Assembly (NCBI GenBank): GCA_028689995.1
Contig: JAQVCB010000005.1
Location: forward strand, 1,367-65,366
Direction: 5' to 3'
From: Candidatus Gastranaerophilales bacterium
Lineage (GTDB): Bacteria > Cyanobacteriota > Vampirovibrionia > Gastranaerophilales > UBA9579
Length of the DNA stretch: 64,000 bases
Positions 38,590 through 48,423 of the stretch are shown in pieces. Every line of letters begins with the position of its first letter. Position 1 is the stretch's first letter. The notes below the pieces were generated by a model. The model saw nothing but the letters and a program-made list of their open reading frames with translations, was not told where the DNA came from and made no database searches. The translations under genes were made by a program, and so were the position numbers.

Positions 38590-39930
38590 ATGTTGAATAA
38601 AAGCTCTTCAGAATCATATTATAATAAAGGTATTATGCAGTTTGAGAAAGGTCAATATGATCTTTCTATAGAAAACTTTAAAAAAGCTATCGAAAAAAAT
38701 TCATCAAATTTTAATTATTATTATAATCTTGGACTTGTATATATAAAAAAAGAAGAATACGATTTAGCTATAGAAAATTTTAGAGAAGGATTACTATTAA
38801 ATCCTGACGAAGTTGATCTTCATCATAATATAGGCATTGCTTATTTTAACAAAAAGAAATTCAATGAAGCTATTAATGCGTATAAAAAAGCTATAAAACT
38901 TAAGCCTACGGATTCTGCAAGTTTTGACAATCTGGGAATTGTATATTTTACGCTGAATAATTTTGATGAAGCAATTTCAAATTTTAAACAAGCAGTTAAT
39001 TTAAATTCTCAAAACTCCTCTGCTAATTATAATTTGGCTTATACTTATTATATAAATGAACAGTATGATTTGGCAAAAGAATTTTTGCTTCGTACAATTT
39101 CAATAAATGAAAATGATGAAGAAGCATATTTCAATCTGGGGAATGTTTATTTAATACAAAAAGAATTTGATTCGGCAAAAGAAAATTTTAAAAAGGTCTT
39201 ATTTTTAAATCCTGATAATATGAGCGCTAAACAAGCATTAACCAAACTGAATAAAGAAAAAATAAAAAAAGAAGAAATTGAAGAAAAAACACCGATAAAA
39301 CAAGCTGAGATAAAAACAATTTTAGCGGAAAAACACAAAGACGAACTTGATCTTGATATGGAAGTTGAAGCGGAAAAAAACTATCAAGCCGGTATTGATT
39401 TTTTAAATAATAAGGAATTGGATCTGGCTGTTGTAAAACTAAAAAGTGCTGTAATTTTACAAAATGATCATTTGGAAGCTCAAAAAGCGTTCAAATATGT
39501 CACAAAATTATTGAATGAATTCAATGAATTTGTAGATAAAGGATTAACAAGTTTTGCAAGAAATAATTTTATTTCTTCAATAGATTATTTTAAGAAAGCA
39601 TTAACTCTAAAACCGAATGATAATAAAATTCAAGAATTACTTAGCAGGGTAGAAGAAAAATACAAATTAATTGAGAAAAATAAAAAAATTTATAAATTAT
39701 ATATCGAGAATGGTAAATATGATTTAGCGGTTGCTACAATTAAAAAGACTATTTCTGAAAATCCTCTTGATTCTGATGCACATTTTGAATTAGGGAATGT
39801 ATATGAAAAACAAAAAAAGTATAACCTGGCTATAGAAAGTCTACAAAAAGCCTTAGCTATTGATTCGGAACGCAAAGATATAAAATATGTTTTATTTAAG
39901 TTAAAGCAAAAAATTAATCCGGAATATTAA
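38590..39930 (+). CDS. TPR-repeat protein
   Basis: Many 34-aa units of the form YYNLGLVY..KEEYDLAIENF..L.LNP. Confidence 0.8.
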   Translation: MLNKSSSESYYNKGIMQFEKGQYDLSIENFKKAIEKNSSNFNYYYNLGLVYIKKEEYDLAIENFREGLLLNPDEVDLHHNIGIAYFNKKKFNEAINAYKKAIKLKPTDSASFDNLGIVYFTLNNFDEAISNFKQAVNLNSQNSSANYNLAYTYYINEQYDLAKEFLLRTISINENDEEAYFNLGNVYLIQKEFDSAKENFKKVLFLNPDNMSAKQALTKLNKEKIKKEEIEEKTPIKQAEIKTILAEKHKDELDLDMEVEAEKNYQAGIDFLNNKELDLAVVKLKSAVILQNDHLEAQKAFKYVTKLLNEFNEFVDKGLTSFARNNFISSIDYFKKALTLKPNDNKIQELLSRVEEKYKLIEKNKKIYKLYIENGKYDLAVATIKKTISENPLDSDAHFELGNVYEKQKKYNLAIESLQKALAIDSERKDIKYVLFKLKQKINPEY

Positions 39931-39976
39931 TTTTAGGAGCTTGATAAGAACATGAATTTCATGAGAGGATTGAAAC

Positions 39977-40397
39977 ATGTTCAAGCACAGCAAAGTAAGC
40001 CCATATAAAATCAAAAAATACTTTTTTACTTTTCGCAAGATCTAACCTCTACTCAAACAGCTTCAATTATGAAGATAAGTCGAGTAACAATAAATCGCTA
40101 CTACAAGTTGTTTAGGCAAGCTATAGCTGCTTATTGTGATCAAGCAAGCATATTCGATAGCGAAGTAGAATTGGATGAAGTATCAAAAGGGATTTAAAAT
40201 CATTACTTCACTTTGAACAATGTGAAGCAAGGTCATTAAAAGCTCAAAAAAATCATATATTGTTATGTATGGATGCATATTTATTCTTAAAAAAGAAAAA
40301 ACCTCATAAAAGCATAGAAGCTTCTCAAAGAGACTTCTTGCGTGATTTTTATAAATTAAAATTTACTAATCAAGACGTTTTTGAGCTAGTTGCGTAA
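39977..40397 (+). pseudogene. IS1595-family transposase remnant (frameshifted, internally deleted)
   Basis: MFKHSKVSPYKIKKYFF..., then in another frame DLTSTQTASIMKISRVTINRYYKLFRQAIAAY...EVELDE. This matches the remembered N-terminal part of ISXO2-like transposases. Stops interrupt it and the DDE core is missing. Confidence 0.5.
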
Positions 40398-40406
40398 ATC
40401 CTGTAA

Positions 40407-40536
40407 GTAACAAACAAAAAGTCACATGCTTTCGTCATCATGAGCAAAGCGTGGCGATCCCCAGATCTTGCGATTACCACGTCGCTTCGCTCCTTGTAAT
40501 GACAATCATTGTTAGACGTAAAGACTTTTTTTTAAC
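40407..40536. repeat. MITE-like element with terminal inverted repeats, copy 1
   Basis: GTAACAAACAAAAAGT...CTTTCGTCATC...AATCATTGTTAGACGTAAAGACTTTTT. Related to 48331-48423. Has an internal palindrome GAGCAAAGCGTGGCGATC/GATTACCACGTCGCTTCGCTC. Confidence 0.65.
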
Positions 40537-40635
40537 TGCTTAATCATACAAATCGAGAGAAAAATTTCCTGAACCTTTATTGAATGTTACTGACAGCGAT
40601 TTATTCCTATTACCGAATTTTTGAATAATTTAGTT

Positions 40636-40845
40636 TTATTCTTTGTTTTTCAAGTCCTGAAGTTCTTTTTCTATTGGCCATATATTAAAAGCAAAATATA
40701 TAATAACTATGTAACTAACAACAGGAACTATTGCCAGCAAGCCCCATGCAGGTGCATAACCTGCTTTTTTAGCTATATGCCATCCGGCTATGCCCAAAAT
40801 AACCTGAGCAATAAAACCTATAAGATATGACCCACCATGAAACAT
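40636..40845 (-). CDS. small membrane protein
   Basis: 69 aa with two hydrophobic helices. G-rich SD (AAGGGGGG) about 8 nt upstream of the ATG. Confidence 0.5.
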   Translation of the reverse strand: MFHGGSYLIGFIAQVILGIAGWHIAKKAGYAPAWGLLAIVPVVSYIVIIYFAFNIWPIEKELQDLKNKE

Positions 40846-40869
40846 TATTAATTCCCCCCTTTCAAAAAT

Positions 40870-41004
40870 CTAAGAACGAGTTAAAAAGCCTTTGCTGCCA
40901 GTTAACTGAATGAGCTTATTAAAACAAAAACTCATCGTTTTCGTTTTAAACGCTCCCGCTTCGCTACACAGCCATCACGACTTTTCTTCACTCAAGCCTA
41001 CGGC
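40870..41004 (+). repeat. GC-rich dispersed repeat, copy a (core CTCCCGCTTCGC at 40953-40964)
   Basis: Starts TAAGAACGAGTT like copy b. Abuts the scpB stop codon. Limits approximate. Confidence 0.6.
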
Positions 41005-41511
41005 TTATAAATTTTCTTTATTTGTTTCCAAATCAAGAATTTTTGCAAGTGCCTTGGTGTCTCCCTTTAGTTTAAAATATTCAGCAAACTTGGCAGTTGT
41101 CTTTAAAACATACGATCTTCCATTTTTATCTTTTTTTCTGTTAATTAAGCCTTTTTCGAGAAGCTCCTGAATATGATCGTATGCCGACTGGCCTCTTAAT
41201 TCTACTAATTTTGTTTGCCTGACAGGTTCCTTTATTGCTATAACTGAAAGAGTTCTTAGCGTTCCTGGCTTTAACTCAACAGGAACAAGCTTTTCAACTA
41301 TATCCATATATTCGGATCGGACCTGAATAATGTATCCGTTTTCGTCATCTATTTCAAGCGCGCCATCTCTCGAAGAATAATCCATAATAAGATCAAGAAG
41401 AGCAGATTCAACTTCAAAAGCATCTTTCTTAAGAATTTCTGCAATTTCTTCAACGGTCATTGCTTTTGCAGTAACAAAAAGAACTGTTTCTATTTTTGAC
41501 TTAAGGGACAT
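41005..41511 (-). CDS. scpB: segregation and condensation protein B
   Basis: IETVLFVTAKAMTVEEIAEIL...PVRQTKLVELRG pattern of ScpB. Downstream of scpA and smc. Confidence 0.85.
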   Translation of the reverse strand: MSLKSKIETVLFVTAKAMTVEEIAEILKKDAFEVESALLDLIMDYSSRDGALEIDDENGYIIQVRSEYMDIVEKLVPVELKPGTLRTLSVIAIKEPVRQTKLVELRGQSAYDHIQELLEKGLINRKKDKNGRSYVLKTTAKFAEYFKLKGDTKALAKILDLETNKENL

Positions 41512-41609
41512 ATTTTATACCTGTAAAAAATTAAATTAATTGTTAAATTATTACATGACCTGCTTTGCAGCTTTTTATATCTTACAATTACAGTCAGTAA
41601 CCTGAGAAT

Positions 41610-42329
41610 TTATGCACCCTGAACTATGTATAGGTCAGAGTAAAATTCTTCCTGCACCAGATCTATTCTACTTCTTGCAGATAAAAACAGCAAGGTAATA
41701 TAAGTTGAAATTTTATCCATTCCGGTTTCATTCAACTCTGAAAGTTCAACTTTTTCGTTTGTTTCAAATAGTCTGAGTAAAATATTATGAAGTTGGTCTA
41801 TTCCTTCTTCAATGTACTCTTCGTGTGCCATTTCAAGTATATCATCAGGAGTAAAATCGGCATAAGACCTTGTACGCCTTTGAGCCCTTTCCTGAGCATT
41901 TATTAATGACCTTTTTTTCTCGATTTTTTCATAAAACTCAAGCTGTTTGATAAGGTCATTTAAAGTTACCACTCTCTGCCTGTTCAATCTTACGCTTGAT
42001 CTTCTTGCAAGAGCATCTTCAAGAGATATTACGTTGTTTGTATTTACACTATCAGAATCAATATCAATTTCTTCACATAAATCAGATTCAATTTCATCTA
42101 TAACAGCAAGAGGGTCAATTCCTTCAAGAACATCCGATTTTAATCTTAAAAGAACAGCAGCAAAAAACAGGGTTCTGCCCGTAAATTTAAGGTTATTTGA
42201 TTTCATTTCAACGAGTTGCTGCAAATATTTATCCGTAACATCGACAATATCAATATTCCAGGGTTCTATTTTCCCTGTTTTTGCCATGTCTACGAGAATC
42301 TCTATTCCATCAGGTTGTTTTTCAAGCAT
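41610..42329 (-). CDS. scpA: segregation and condensation protein A
   Basis: GKIEPWNIDIVDVTDKYLQ is typical of the ScpA N-terminus. Its start overlaps the smc stop by 8 nt. Confidence 0.85.
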   Translation of the reverse strand: MLEKQPDGIEILVDMAKTGKIEPWNIDIVDVTDKYLQQLVEMKSNNLKFTGRTLFFAAVLLRLKSDVLEGIDPLAVIDEIESDLCEEIDIDSDSVNTNNVISLEDALARRSSVRLNRQRVVTLNDLIKQLEFYEKIEKKRSLINAQERAQRRTRSYADFTPDDILEMAHEEYIEEGIDQLHNILLRLFETNEKVELSELNETGMDKISTYITLLFLSARSRIDLVQEEFYSDLYIVQGA

Positions 42330-45300
42330 TAAACTTCACACCTGTTACCTTTGTAATGCCATTATTTTTCTGGGTAACACCAATGGACCTATTTGCTGAT
42401 TCTATCATAGGTTTTCTTAAAGAAACTACTATAAATTGCGTATTTAGGGACTGAGATTTTATCATTTGAGCTAATTTTTCAACATTAATACCGTCAAGAT
42501 GCATGTCAACTTCATCAAATGCATAGAATGGCGCAGGCATATAACGCTGAATTGCGAACACAAAAGCCAAAGCTGTAAGGGATTTTTCTCCTCCGCTCAT
42601 AGCTTCAAGACGCTGCATCTTTTTACCTCTGGGTTGTGCTTCGATTGTCAGCCCGCCAATGAACGGATTGTCATAATTATCAAGCACAAGACTGCCAATA
42701 CCATCAGAAAGCTGCTCAAAAATGTTTTTAAAATTATCATTAACGTTATTGAATGTATCCATGAAGGATTTACGCTTCATATCTTCATAACTGCCCATTC
42801 TTTCTATGATTTGACCTCTTTCACTAGTCAAAGTGTCAATTTTTGTCTTTAATTCCTGTTTTCTGTTTAAAACTTCATCATATTCGACAAGGGCTTTCAT
42901 GTTAACAGGTTCAAGGTCTTCCATCCTTCTTTGAAGTTTTGCGATATTTCTATTAACGTCTTCCACTGATATATCAGGCTTTTTAATTGTTGTAACGTCA
43001 TATCCCTGAGCTGTTAATTCTTCTCTGATAGTAAATACTTCAGGCTCGAGCTCTTTTCTTCTGGCTTTATAAGCACCTATCTGTTCAACAAGCCTTTCAA
43101 CTTTACTTTCAATAATATTTTTTCTTTTTTCCTGATTTAAAACTTCAGCGCTGATAGTATCTCTTTCCTGCTGCAATTCGATTAATTTGCTACCTATTTC
43201 CTTAATTTTTTCATCAAGACCTACAAGCCTTTCCTGTGTTTCTTCGATTTCTTTCTTATGGAATTCTTTTTCCTGGGCCAGAATTTCATTATCTTTTATA
43301 AGCTTTTCGATATTTTCTTCATGTGCCAAAATAGCATCTTTTGTAAGGCTGATTTCTGCAGTCATTCCTTTTATATCACCATTACAGTTGGCCAATTTTG
43401 TTTCATTATTTTTAATTTCAAACTCAATGCTTTCTGTCAGGTCATTTAGCTTTGTTAAATCATCTTTTGGCAAGAAACTTTCAATAACATTTATTTCTTT
43501 TGATAATTTTAAAGTATTTTCATTTATTTTTTGAAGTTTTGAATTAACTTCATCAAGGTTTTCTCTGGCTTCTTCAAGTTTGGGAATTGATTCATCCAGA
43601 ATTTTCTGCGCTGAATTTATATTTTCTTCAGCTTCATTGAGGTTTCTTGTGAGATTTTCAAGTTCCATCCTCTTTTTATTCAGGTCATTCATTGTACCTG
43701 AATATTCATGCCTTATTTTATCCAGCTTGGACTCTGTTTCAACTTTTGATTTTTCAAGATTTTCAGCTTTTTTCTCAAGTTCCTGAAGCCTGTTTTTGAA
43801 GATATTAAGCTCTTCATCCTGTGATTGCGCAAATTTCAGGTTTGATTTACTCATCGAACCGCCGGTCATTGAACCTGATTTTTCAATAAGGCTTCCGTCA
43901 AGAGTAACCATACGGTACCTGCCGATAAGACTTCTTGCAACATTTAAATCTTCAACAATCAGAGTATCTCCAAGGGCATTAAAAAATGCAGATTCATATA
44001 TATCGTCAAAATCTATCAGGTTAATTGCAAAATCAATTATTCCGTCTGCTTTTGGCAGTTTCATTCCTCTTGGCATCGGAGCGATTTTATTTAATGGCAG
44101 GAATGTTGCCCTTCCGGCTCTGGATGATTTTAAAATTTCAATCGCAACACTTGCCACTTCATCAGTATCTACAACAATAAATCTCATTCTGCCGCCCATC
44201 GCAACTTCAAGGGCTGTAGAATATTTCTTATCAACTTCACCAAGCTGTGCAAGCGGGGCATGAATACCTGTTAAACCGGAATCCATTATTGTATCAATGG
44301 CTCTTCCAAAACTTGCATCATCTATAGCTTTTTTGCTTTCCTCAAGCTGTGTGACCTTTCTGTATGCAAGGCTAATATTGTAATTCATATCGCTGAGTTC
44401 GTTTTTAACCTTGTCAAGATCAAACAGACAATTCTTTTGCTGAATTTCAAAATCTTTCAGATCATCAGCCATCTCAGAAACCTGAACGTCAAAAATATCT
44501 TTTTTTGAAGAATATTCTGTCTTTATCTGTTCAAATTTCTGTAACTTTTCTTTTGATTCTTCTATATTCCTTGAATATCTTGAAATTTTTTCATCAAGAG
44601 CCAGTTTGTCTTTTATAATAATATTTTCCTGATCTTTAAATGCTTCCAGCTCTTTTCTTAAGGCATTTCTTTTTTCAACATGCTCATTTGCGGTTTTATT
44701 TATGTTTGAAGCTTCGCTTAATAGTCTTTCAAGCTCTTCTTTTTCTTTTTTTGTATTTTGTTCAAGAATTTTAATTTCGTCTTTTTTGTTTTCAATGCGA
44801 AGATTTATGTCTTCTATTTTTTCTTTAAGTCTTTCTATGTTATCTTTTGCAGTTTTAATACTGACTATATTGTCAGCGGTTACTTTTTCAATATGACTAA
44901 TTGAATCATGTTTTCTTGAAATAATACCTTTTAAAGCTTCTGCCTGCTTTTTAATTTCAATCTGTTCATCTTCGCCTTTGGTTTTTACAAGTTCTGAAAT
45001 TTCTTTTAACTTTTCCTGTGTGACTTCAAGCTGTTTAATCAATTCTTTCAGCTTTGATTCTTCTTCTTTTTTTGCTTTATTGCCGTCAAGAATGCTTTCA
45101 TGAAGTCTTTCAAATGATGTTTTTATTTCAAAATATCTTACAAGAGAGAGTTTGCTTTCATATTCCGCCTTTTCAGCCTTTAATTTTTGATATTTTAAAG
45201 CCTGTGCTCTTTCTTCTTCAAGTTGAAAAAGCCTGATATCAATTTCATTAAGTATAATATGCGATTTGTCTACTCTTTCTTCAACGGTTTCAAGCTCTTT

Positions 45301-45816
45301 TTTTGCCTGTTCTATTCTTCTGTCAAAGTCAGCAACTCCGGCAATTTCATCAAGAATTTTCCTTCTCTCATTTGCAGAGGTATTGATAATACTTGTAACA
45401 TCACCCTGCATCATAACGTTATAGCAACCCGGCGAAATGTTATGTTTGGAAAGTTCATCATGAATTTCCGTCAATGTAGAAATTTTATCGTTAAAGTAAT
45501 ATGTGCTTGTATGGCCATTAGGACCTCTTTTTATTCTTCTTCCAACAGTAAAAAGTACATTAATATGATCTTCTGTAAAGCTTACTTTAACGCTGGCTTC
45601 TATTTTTTTGGTGTGATTATTGATAAGATCAGGCAGTTTCTCAGCCCGAAGAGTCCTTGAAGTAGACAGTCCCAATGCAAACAGAATACTGTCGATAATA
45701 TTACTCTTACCAGAACCATTTGGCCCTGATATCGTAGTAAATCCTTCTAAAAACGGGATATTCGTCCTGTCTACAAAGGATTTAAAATTATAAATTTCTA
45801 TTTCTTTAATATACAT
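42322..45816 (-). CDS. smc: chromosome partition protein SMC
   Basis: 1164 aa. N-terminal FKSF...GPNGSGKSN, long coiled coils, hinge, C-terminal LSGGEKSLTALAF...FDEVD. Confidence 0.95.
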   Translation of the reverse strand: MYIKEIEIYNFKSFVDRTNIPFLEGFTTISGPNGSGKSNIIDSILFALGLSTSRTLRAEKLPDLINNHTKKIEASVKVSFTEDHINVLFTVGRRIKRGPNGHTSTYYFNDKISTLTEIHDELSKHNISPGCYNVMMQGDVTSIINTSANERRKILDEIAGVADFDRRIEQAKKELETVEERVDKSHIILNEIDIRLFQLEEERAQALKYQKLKAEKAEYESKLSLVRYFEIKTSFERLHESILDGNKAKKEEESKLKELIKQLEVTQEKLKEISELVKTKGEDEQIEIKKQAEALKGIISRKHDSISHIEKVTADNIVSIKTAKDNIERLKEKIEDINLRIENKKDEIKILEQNTKKEKEELERLLSEASNINKTANEHVEKRNALRKELEAFKDQENIIIKDKLALDEKISRYSRNIEESKEKLQKFEQIKTEYSSKKDIFDVQVSEMADDLKDFEIQQKNCLFDLDKVKNELSDMNYNISLAYRKVTQLEESKKAIDDASFGRAIDTIMDSGLTGIHAPLAQLGEVDKKYSTALEVAMGGRMRFIVVDTDEVASVAIEILKSSRAGRATFLPLNKIAPMPRGMKLPKADGIIDFAINLIDFDDIYESAFFNALGDTLIVEDLNVARSLIGRYRMVTLDGSLIEKSGSMTGGSMSKSNLKFAQSQDEELNIFKNRLQELEKKAENLEKSKVETESKLDKIRHEYSGTMNDLNKKRMELENLTRNLNEAEENINSAQKILDESIPKLEEARENLDEVNSKLQKINENTLKLSKEINVIESFLPKDDLTKLNDLTESIEFEIKNNETKLANCNGDIKGMTAEISLTKDAILAHEENIEKLIKDNEILAQEKEFHKKEIEETQERLVGLDEKIKEIGSKLIELQQERDTISAEVLNQEKRKNIIESKVERLVEQIGAYKARRKELEPEVFTIREELTAQGYDVTTIKKPDISVEDVNRNIAKLQRRMEDLEPVNMKALVEYDEVLNRKQELKTKIDTLTSERGQIIERMGSYEDMKRKSFMDTFNNVNDNFKNIFEQLSDGIGSLVLDNYDNPFIGGLTIEAQPRGKKMQRLEAMSGGEKSLTALAFVFAIQRYMPAPFYAFDEVDMHLDGINVEKLAQMIKSQSLNTQFIVVSLRKPMIESANRSIGVTQKNNGITKVTGVKFNA

Positions 45817-46214
45817 ACATGTTTAACTAGCTAGTTTATTAAAATAAAAAGTGAATGAGGATTAAATACTCAACATATAATAGATTAGACTATATGATAC
45901 TGTTCCTTGTCAAGAATTTAACTTATCTGTAAAATTCAGAGGTAAAAACGTATTTGTTATAAATCTTTACAGTTTTATTTATAGCTAATAAAACTGATAT
46001 AAAAAGCATTGAATTAATATAGACATAATTTATATATTTTTTAATAACAATTTGGTATAATAAAAACAAAATTGAATTAAACTCGGCTATTTGTAAAGAA
46101 GTCCTGAATTTTACGTTTTTATTCCTGTCACAAATTAAAATATATCTACATTGAGTAGCGAGAATCATGTGAAGTTGAAGATATAGCTTCAGATTTGCAA
46201 ACTCTTAAGGATAA

Positions 46215-46826
46215 ATGATGAAAAATTCCAAGCTACTTATTTTAAACAGCTTAGATAAAGATCTTTTACAGATTCTCGGTTTAAATTATGTTCTTTTTGA
46301 ACAGGATTTTGATCTTGAGTTTGATTTTAAAAGTATTGAATTTGATTTAATAATTGTTAATTTACAATCAGAAGCCGAATTAAATATAATTAAATATTTT
46401 AGAGAAAATCCTGAATTTGATTTTATACCTATTGTCTGTCTTATTAACGAAGATTCTATTGATCTAAATTTAGAGTTAATAAGGCTTGGTTGTGATGAAT
46501 GTTTAAAAACGCCTGTTAATACTGAAGAATTTAATGTTAAAATAAGTTCTATTTTAAAAAGATACAAAGAAATTTGGAAATCGTCACTTAATTCTTTACT
46601 TCCTCATTTAATGAATAACAACCCTGATTTAAAATTAACCAAAAGGGAAAAAGATTTGCTGCATCTTATTGCAAAAGGATTTACCAATGCAGAAATTTCT
46701 AAAACTTTGTATTTAAGTGAAATGACTGTAAAAACTCATTTAAAAAATATTTTTAAAAAATTAAATGTTTCAAATCGCACAGAAGCAACTCTTATCGGCA
46801 TTATAAATGATTTAATAAAAGTTTAA
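46215..46826 (+). CDS. LuxR-family regulator with degenerate receiver-like N-domain
   Basis: C-terminal LTKREKDLLHLIAKGFTNAEISKTLYLSEMTVKTHLKNIFKKLNVSNRTEA. Confidence 0.75.
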   Translation: MMKNSKLLILNSLDKDLLQILGLNYVLFEQDFDLEFDFKSIEFDLIIVNLQSEAELNIIKYFRENPEFDFIPIVCLINEDSIDLNLELIRLGCDECLKTPVNTEEFNVKISSILKRYKEIWKSSLNSLLPHLMNNNPDLKLTKREKDLLHLIAKGFTNAEISKTLYLSEMTVKTHLKNIFKKLNVSNRTEATLIGIINDLIKV

Positions 46827-46893
46827 TACCATTTCTTGTTTGAAATAGTCCCAAACATATAGTGTCAAAAGACGAAAAGAAAATAAGTGCTAT

Positions 46894-47574
46894 TTAACTA
46901 TTCATCGACACTCCCATAGAAATTGGCGGCGGCTGAATATAAAGAGGCTTTAAGTTATACCATTTTAATTCCTCAGTCTCCTGCTCTTTTAAATACTTAC
47001 AGGTCAACTTTACAAGATTAATTCCAAAATCATAGCTTTCCTTTTGTATATTTATACATTCAAGACTACTTTCCTGAAGTTGTCCTGACATTTTATTATC
47101 AGCAATTATAAAATAATCTCCGGTTTTAGCAATTTCAATAACTTTATCATAATCCATTACACAGGGTTCCTGAATTATTTTTCCATCAGGGCTATAAATA
47201 GCAGTATACGTTTTGCCTCTTCTTGCATCAAGCAGGCAAAGCGTGTTTTTATCTGTATTATTTATAAGAGAAATTATTTCCAGAGAGGGAATTCCTGTTA
47301 CCGGAATATTAAGATTCTGTGCTATTGCCCTTGCTACTGTAGCAGATGCTCTTATGCCGGTAAAACTACCCGGGCCTACATTTACACCTATAGCTTCAAT
47401 ATCCTGCATAGTTATATTCTGTTCTTTTAAAAGTTCTATAATAGTTGGTATTAAAAGAGCAGAATTATATCTTTCTTTTGTACTTTCAATTGTTCTGGAT
47501 GTTTTTATATTATCATCATCCGAGATGGTTACATACATTAATTCTGTGCTTGTATCAAATGTTAAAATCTTCAT
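46894..47574 (-). CDS. tsaB: tRNA t6A biosynthesis protein TsaB
   Basis: MKILTFDTST...GPGSFTGIRA. Start trimmed from the track ORF (47646) to the ATG at 47574, which removes the overlap with tsaE. Confidence 0.8.
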   Translation of the reverse strand: MKILTFDTSTELMYVTISDDDNIKTSRTIESTKERYNSALLIPTIIELLKEQNITMQDIEAIGVNVGPGSFTGIRASATVARAIAQNLNIPVTGIPSLEIISLINNTDKNTLCLLDARRGKTYTAIYSPDGKIIQEPCVMDYDKVIEIAKTGDYFIIADNKMSGQLQESSLECINIQKESYDFGINLVKLTCKYLKEQETEELKWYNLKPLYIQPPPISMGVSMNS

Positions 47575-47581
47575 ATTTTTA

Positions 47582-48079
47582 TTATAACTCGCTCTTTGAT
47601 AAATTTTTTTCAAAATCATAGAGTATTTCCTGACATTTATTTCCATATGATCTGAAAATAAATTCTCTTTCTGTTTCTTCCAGATATTTTATTTTTATTC
47701 CAAGCCGTTCATCAGGCAAATCTCCTGACGAAAATTCAGCCCATTCAATGAGAGCTATGGAATTATCATTTTCCGTATATTCATGAAGCTCGTCAAGAAT
47801 AGTATTGATGCCTTCTTCTTCAAGCCTGTAAAGATCAAAATGATAAAGATTAATCTTATCTGTATGGTATTCGTTAAGAATAACAAAACTTGGACTGGTT
47901 ACTTTTTCTTTTATACCAAGATTCTTAGCCAGAAATTTTGTAAAAGTGGTTTTTCCTGCGCCGATATCACCGTAAAGACATATCAAAATGCCTTTATCTT
48001 TGAGTGCATCAGCAAGTGCTTTTGCAATTTTGTCTGTCTCATCAGGACTTTTGGATATTATTTTAAACTCATCTTTCAT
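47582..48079 (-). CDS. tsaE: tRNA t6A biosynthesis ATPase TsaE
   Basis: LYGDIGAGKTTFTK Walker A and the size (165 aa) are typical of TsaE/YjeE. Confidence 0.85.
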   Translation of the reverse strand: MKDEFKIISKSPDETDKIAKALADALKDKGILICLYGDIGAGKTTFTKFLAKNLGIKEKVTSPSFVILNEYHTDKINLYHFDLYRLEEEGINTILDELHEYTENDNSIALIEWAEFSSGDLPDERLGIKIKYLEETEREFIFRSYGNKCQEILYDFEKNLSKSEL

Positions 48080-48099
48080 GTATAAAATAATATCATAAA

Positions 48100-48265
48100 T
48101 GCCCCGATAGATCGTGGTTTTGATACCCGTGTTTTGTACACAGATGGGTGCCCCCCCTAATGAGTATTCATTTCCTAATGCTGGTTAGGTTTACGTCATC
48201 ATTATAGAGTTAGAGCTCCCTTTGATCAAGATTGTAGGATCAAAACTGAACGACCTGCCGGAGCA
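48100..48265. ncRNA. candidate structured RNA (unassigned)
   Basis: Intergenic segment clearly GC-richer than its surroundings. The ends pair (TTTTGAT 48118-48124 with ATCAAAA 48239-48245, plus flanking short pairings), with internal hairpins. No known family motif found by eye. Confidence 0.25.
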
Positions 48266-48330
48266 TTTAATTTATTTTGTCATACTTTTTTAAATTACAC
48301 CATAGTCTGCTTAAATATTTTCAAAAGTTA

Positions 48331-48423
48331 GTAACAAACAAAAAGTTTTCACGTGCTTTCGTCATCGCGAGCGAAGCGAAGTGGTAATAACAATCATTGT
48401 TAGACGTAAAAACTTTTTGTTAC
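48331..48423. repeat. MITE-like element with terminal inverted repeats, copy 2
   Basis: GTAACAAACAAAAAGTT...AACTTTTTGTTAC termini. Shorter version of 40407-40536. Abuts the stop codon of 48424..49884. Confidence 0.65.

Noticed and set aside
40621-40830. 69-aa plus-strand ORF
   Set aside because: The opposite-strand ORF 40636..40845 has a good SD and a plausible two-helix membrane topology.
42499-45660. Series of plus-strand ORFs (42499..42852, 43187..43534, 43258..43449, 43580..43786, 43796..44263, 44702..44896, 45054..45236, 45223..45660), and 41947..42399 opposite scpA
   Set aside because: All lie antisense inside the well-supported smc/scpA genes. Their translations are low-complexity S/F/L-rich mirror images of K/E-rich coiled-coil codons.
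45923-46168. 81-aa minus-strand ORF upstream of smc
   Set aside because: Extremely AT-rich and low-complexity (I/L/N/Y/K) sequence in a divergent promoter region, with no RBS.
48100-48265. Assignment of the structured intergenic segment to SRP RNA, tmRNA or RNase P RNA
   Set aside because: None of the hallmark motifs (GGAAGCAGC; GGGG..5' end with tRNA-like 3' end; GAGGAAAGTCC) is present on either strand. It is kept only as an unassigned candidate.
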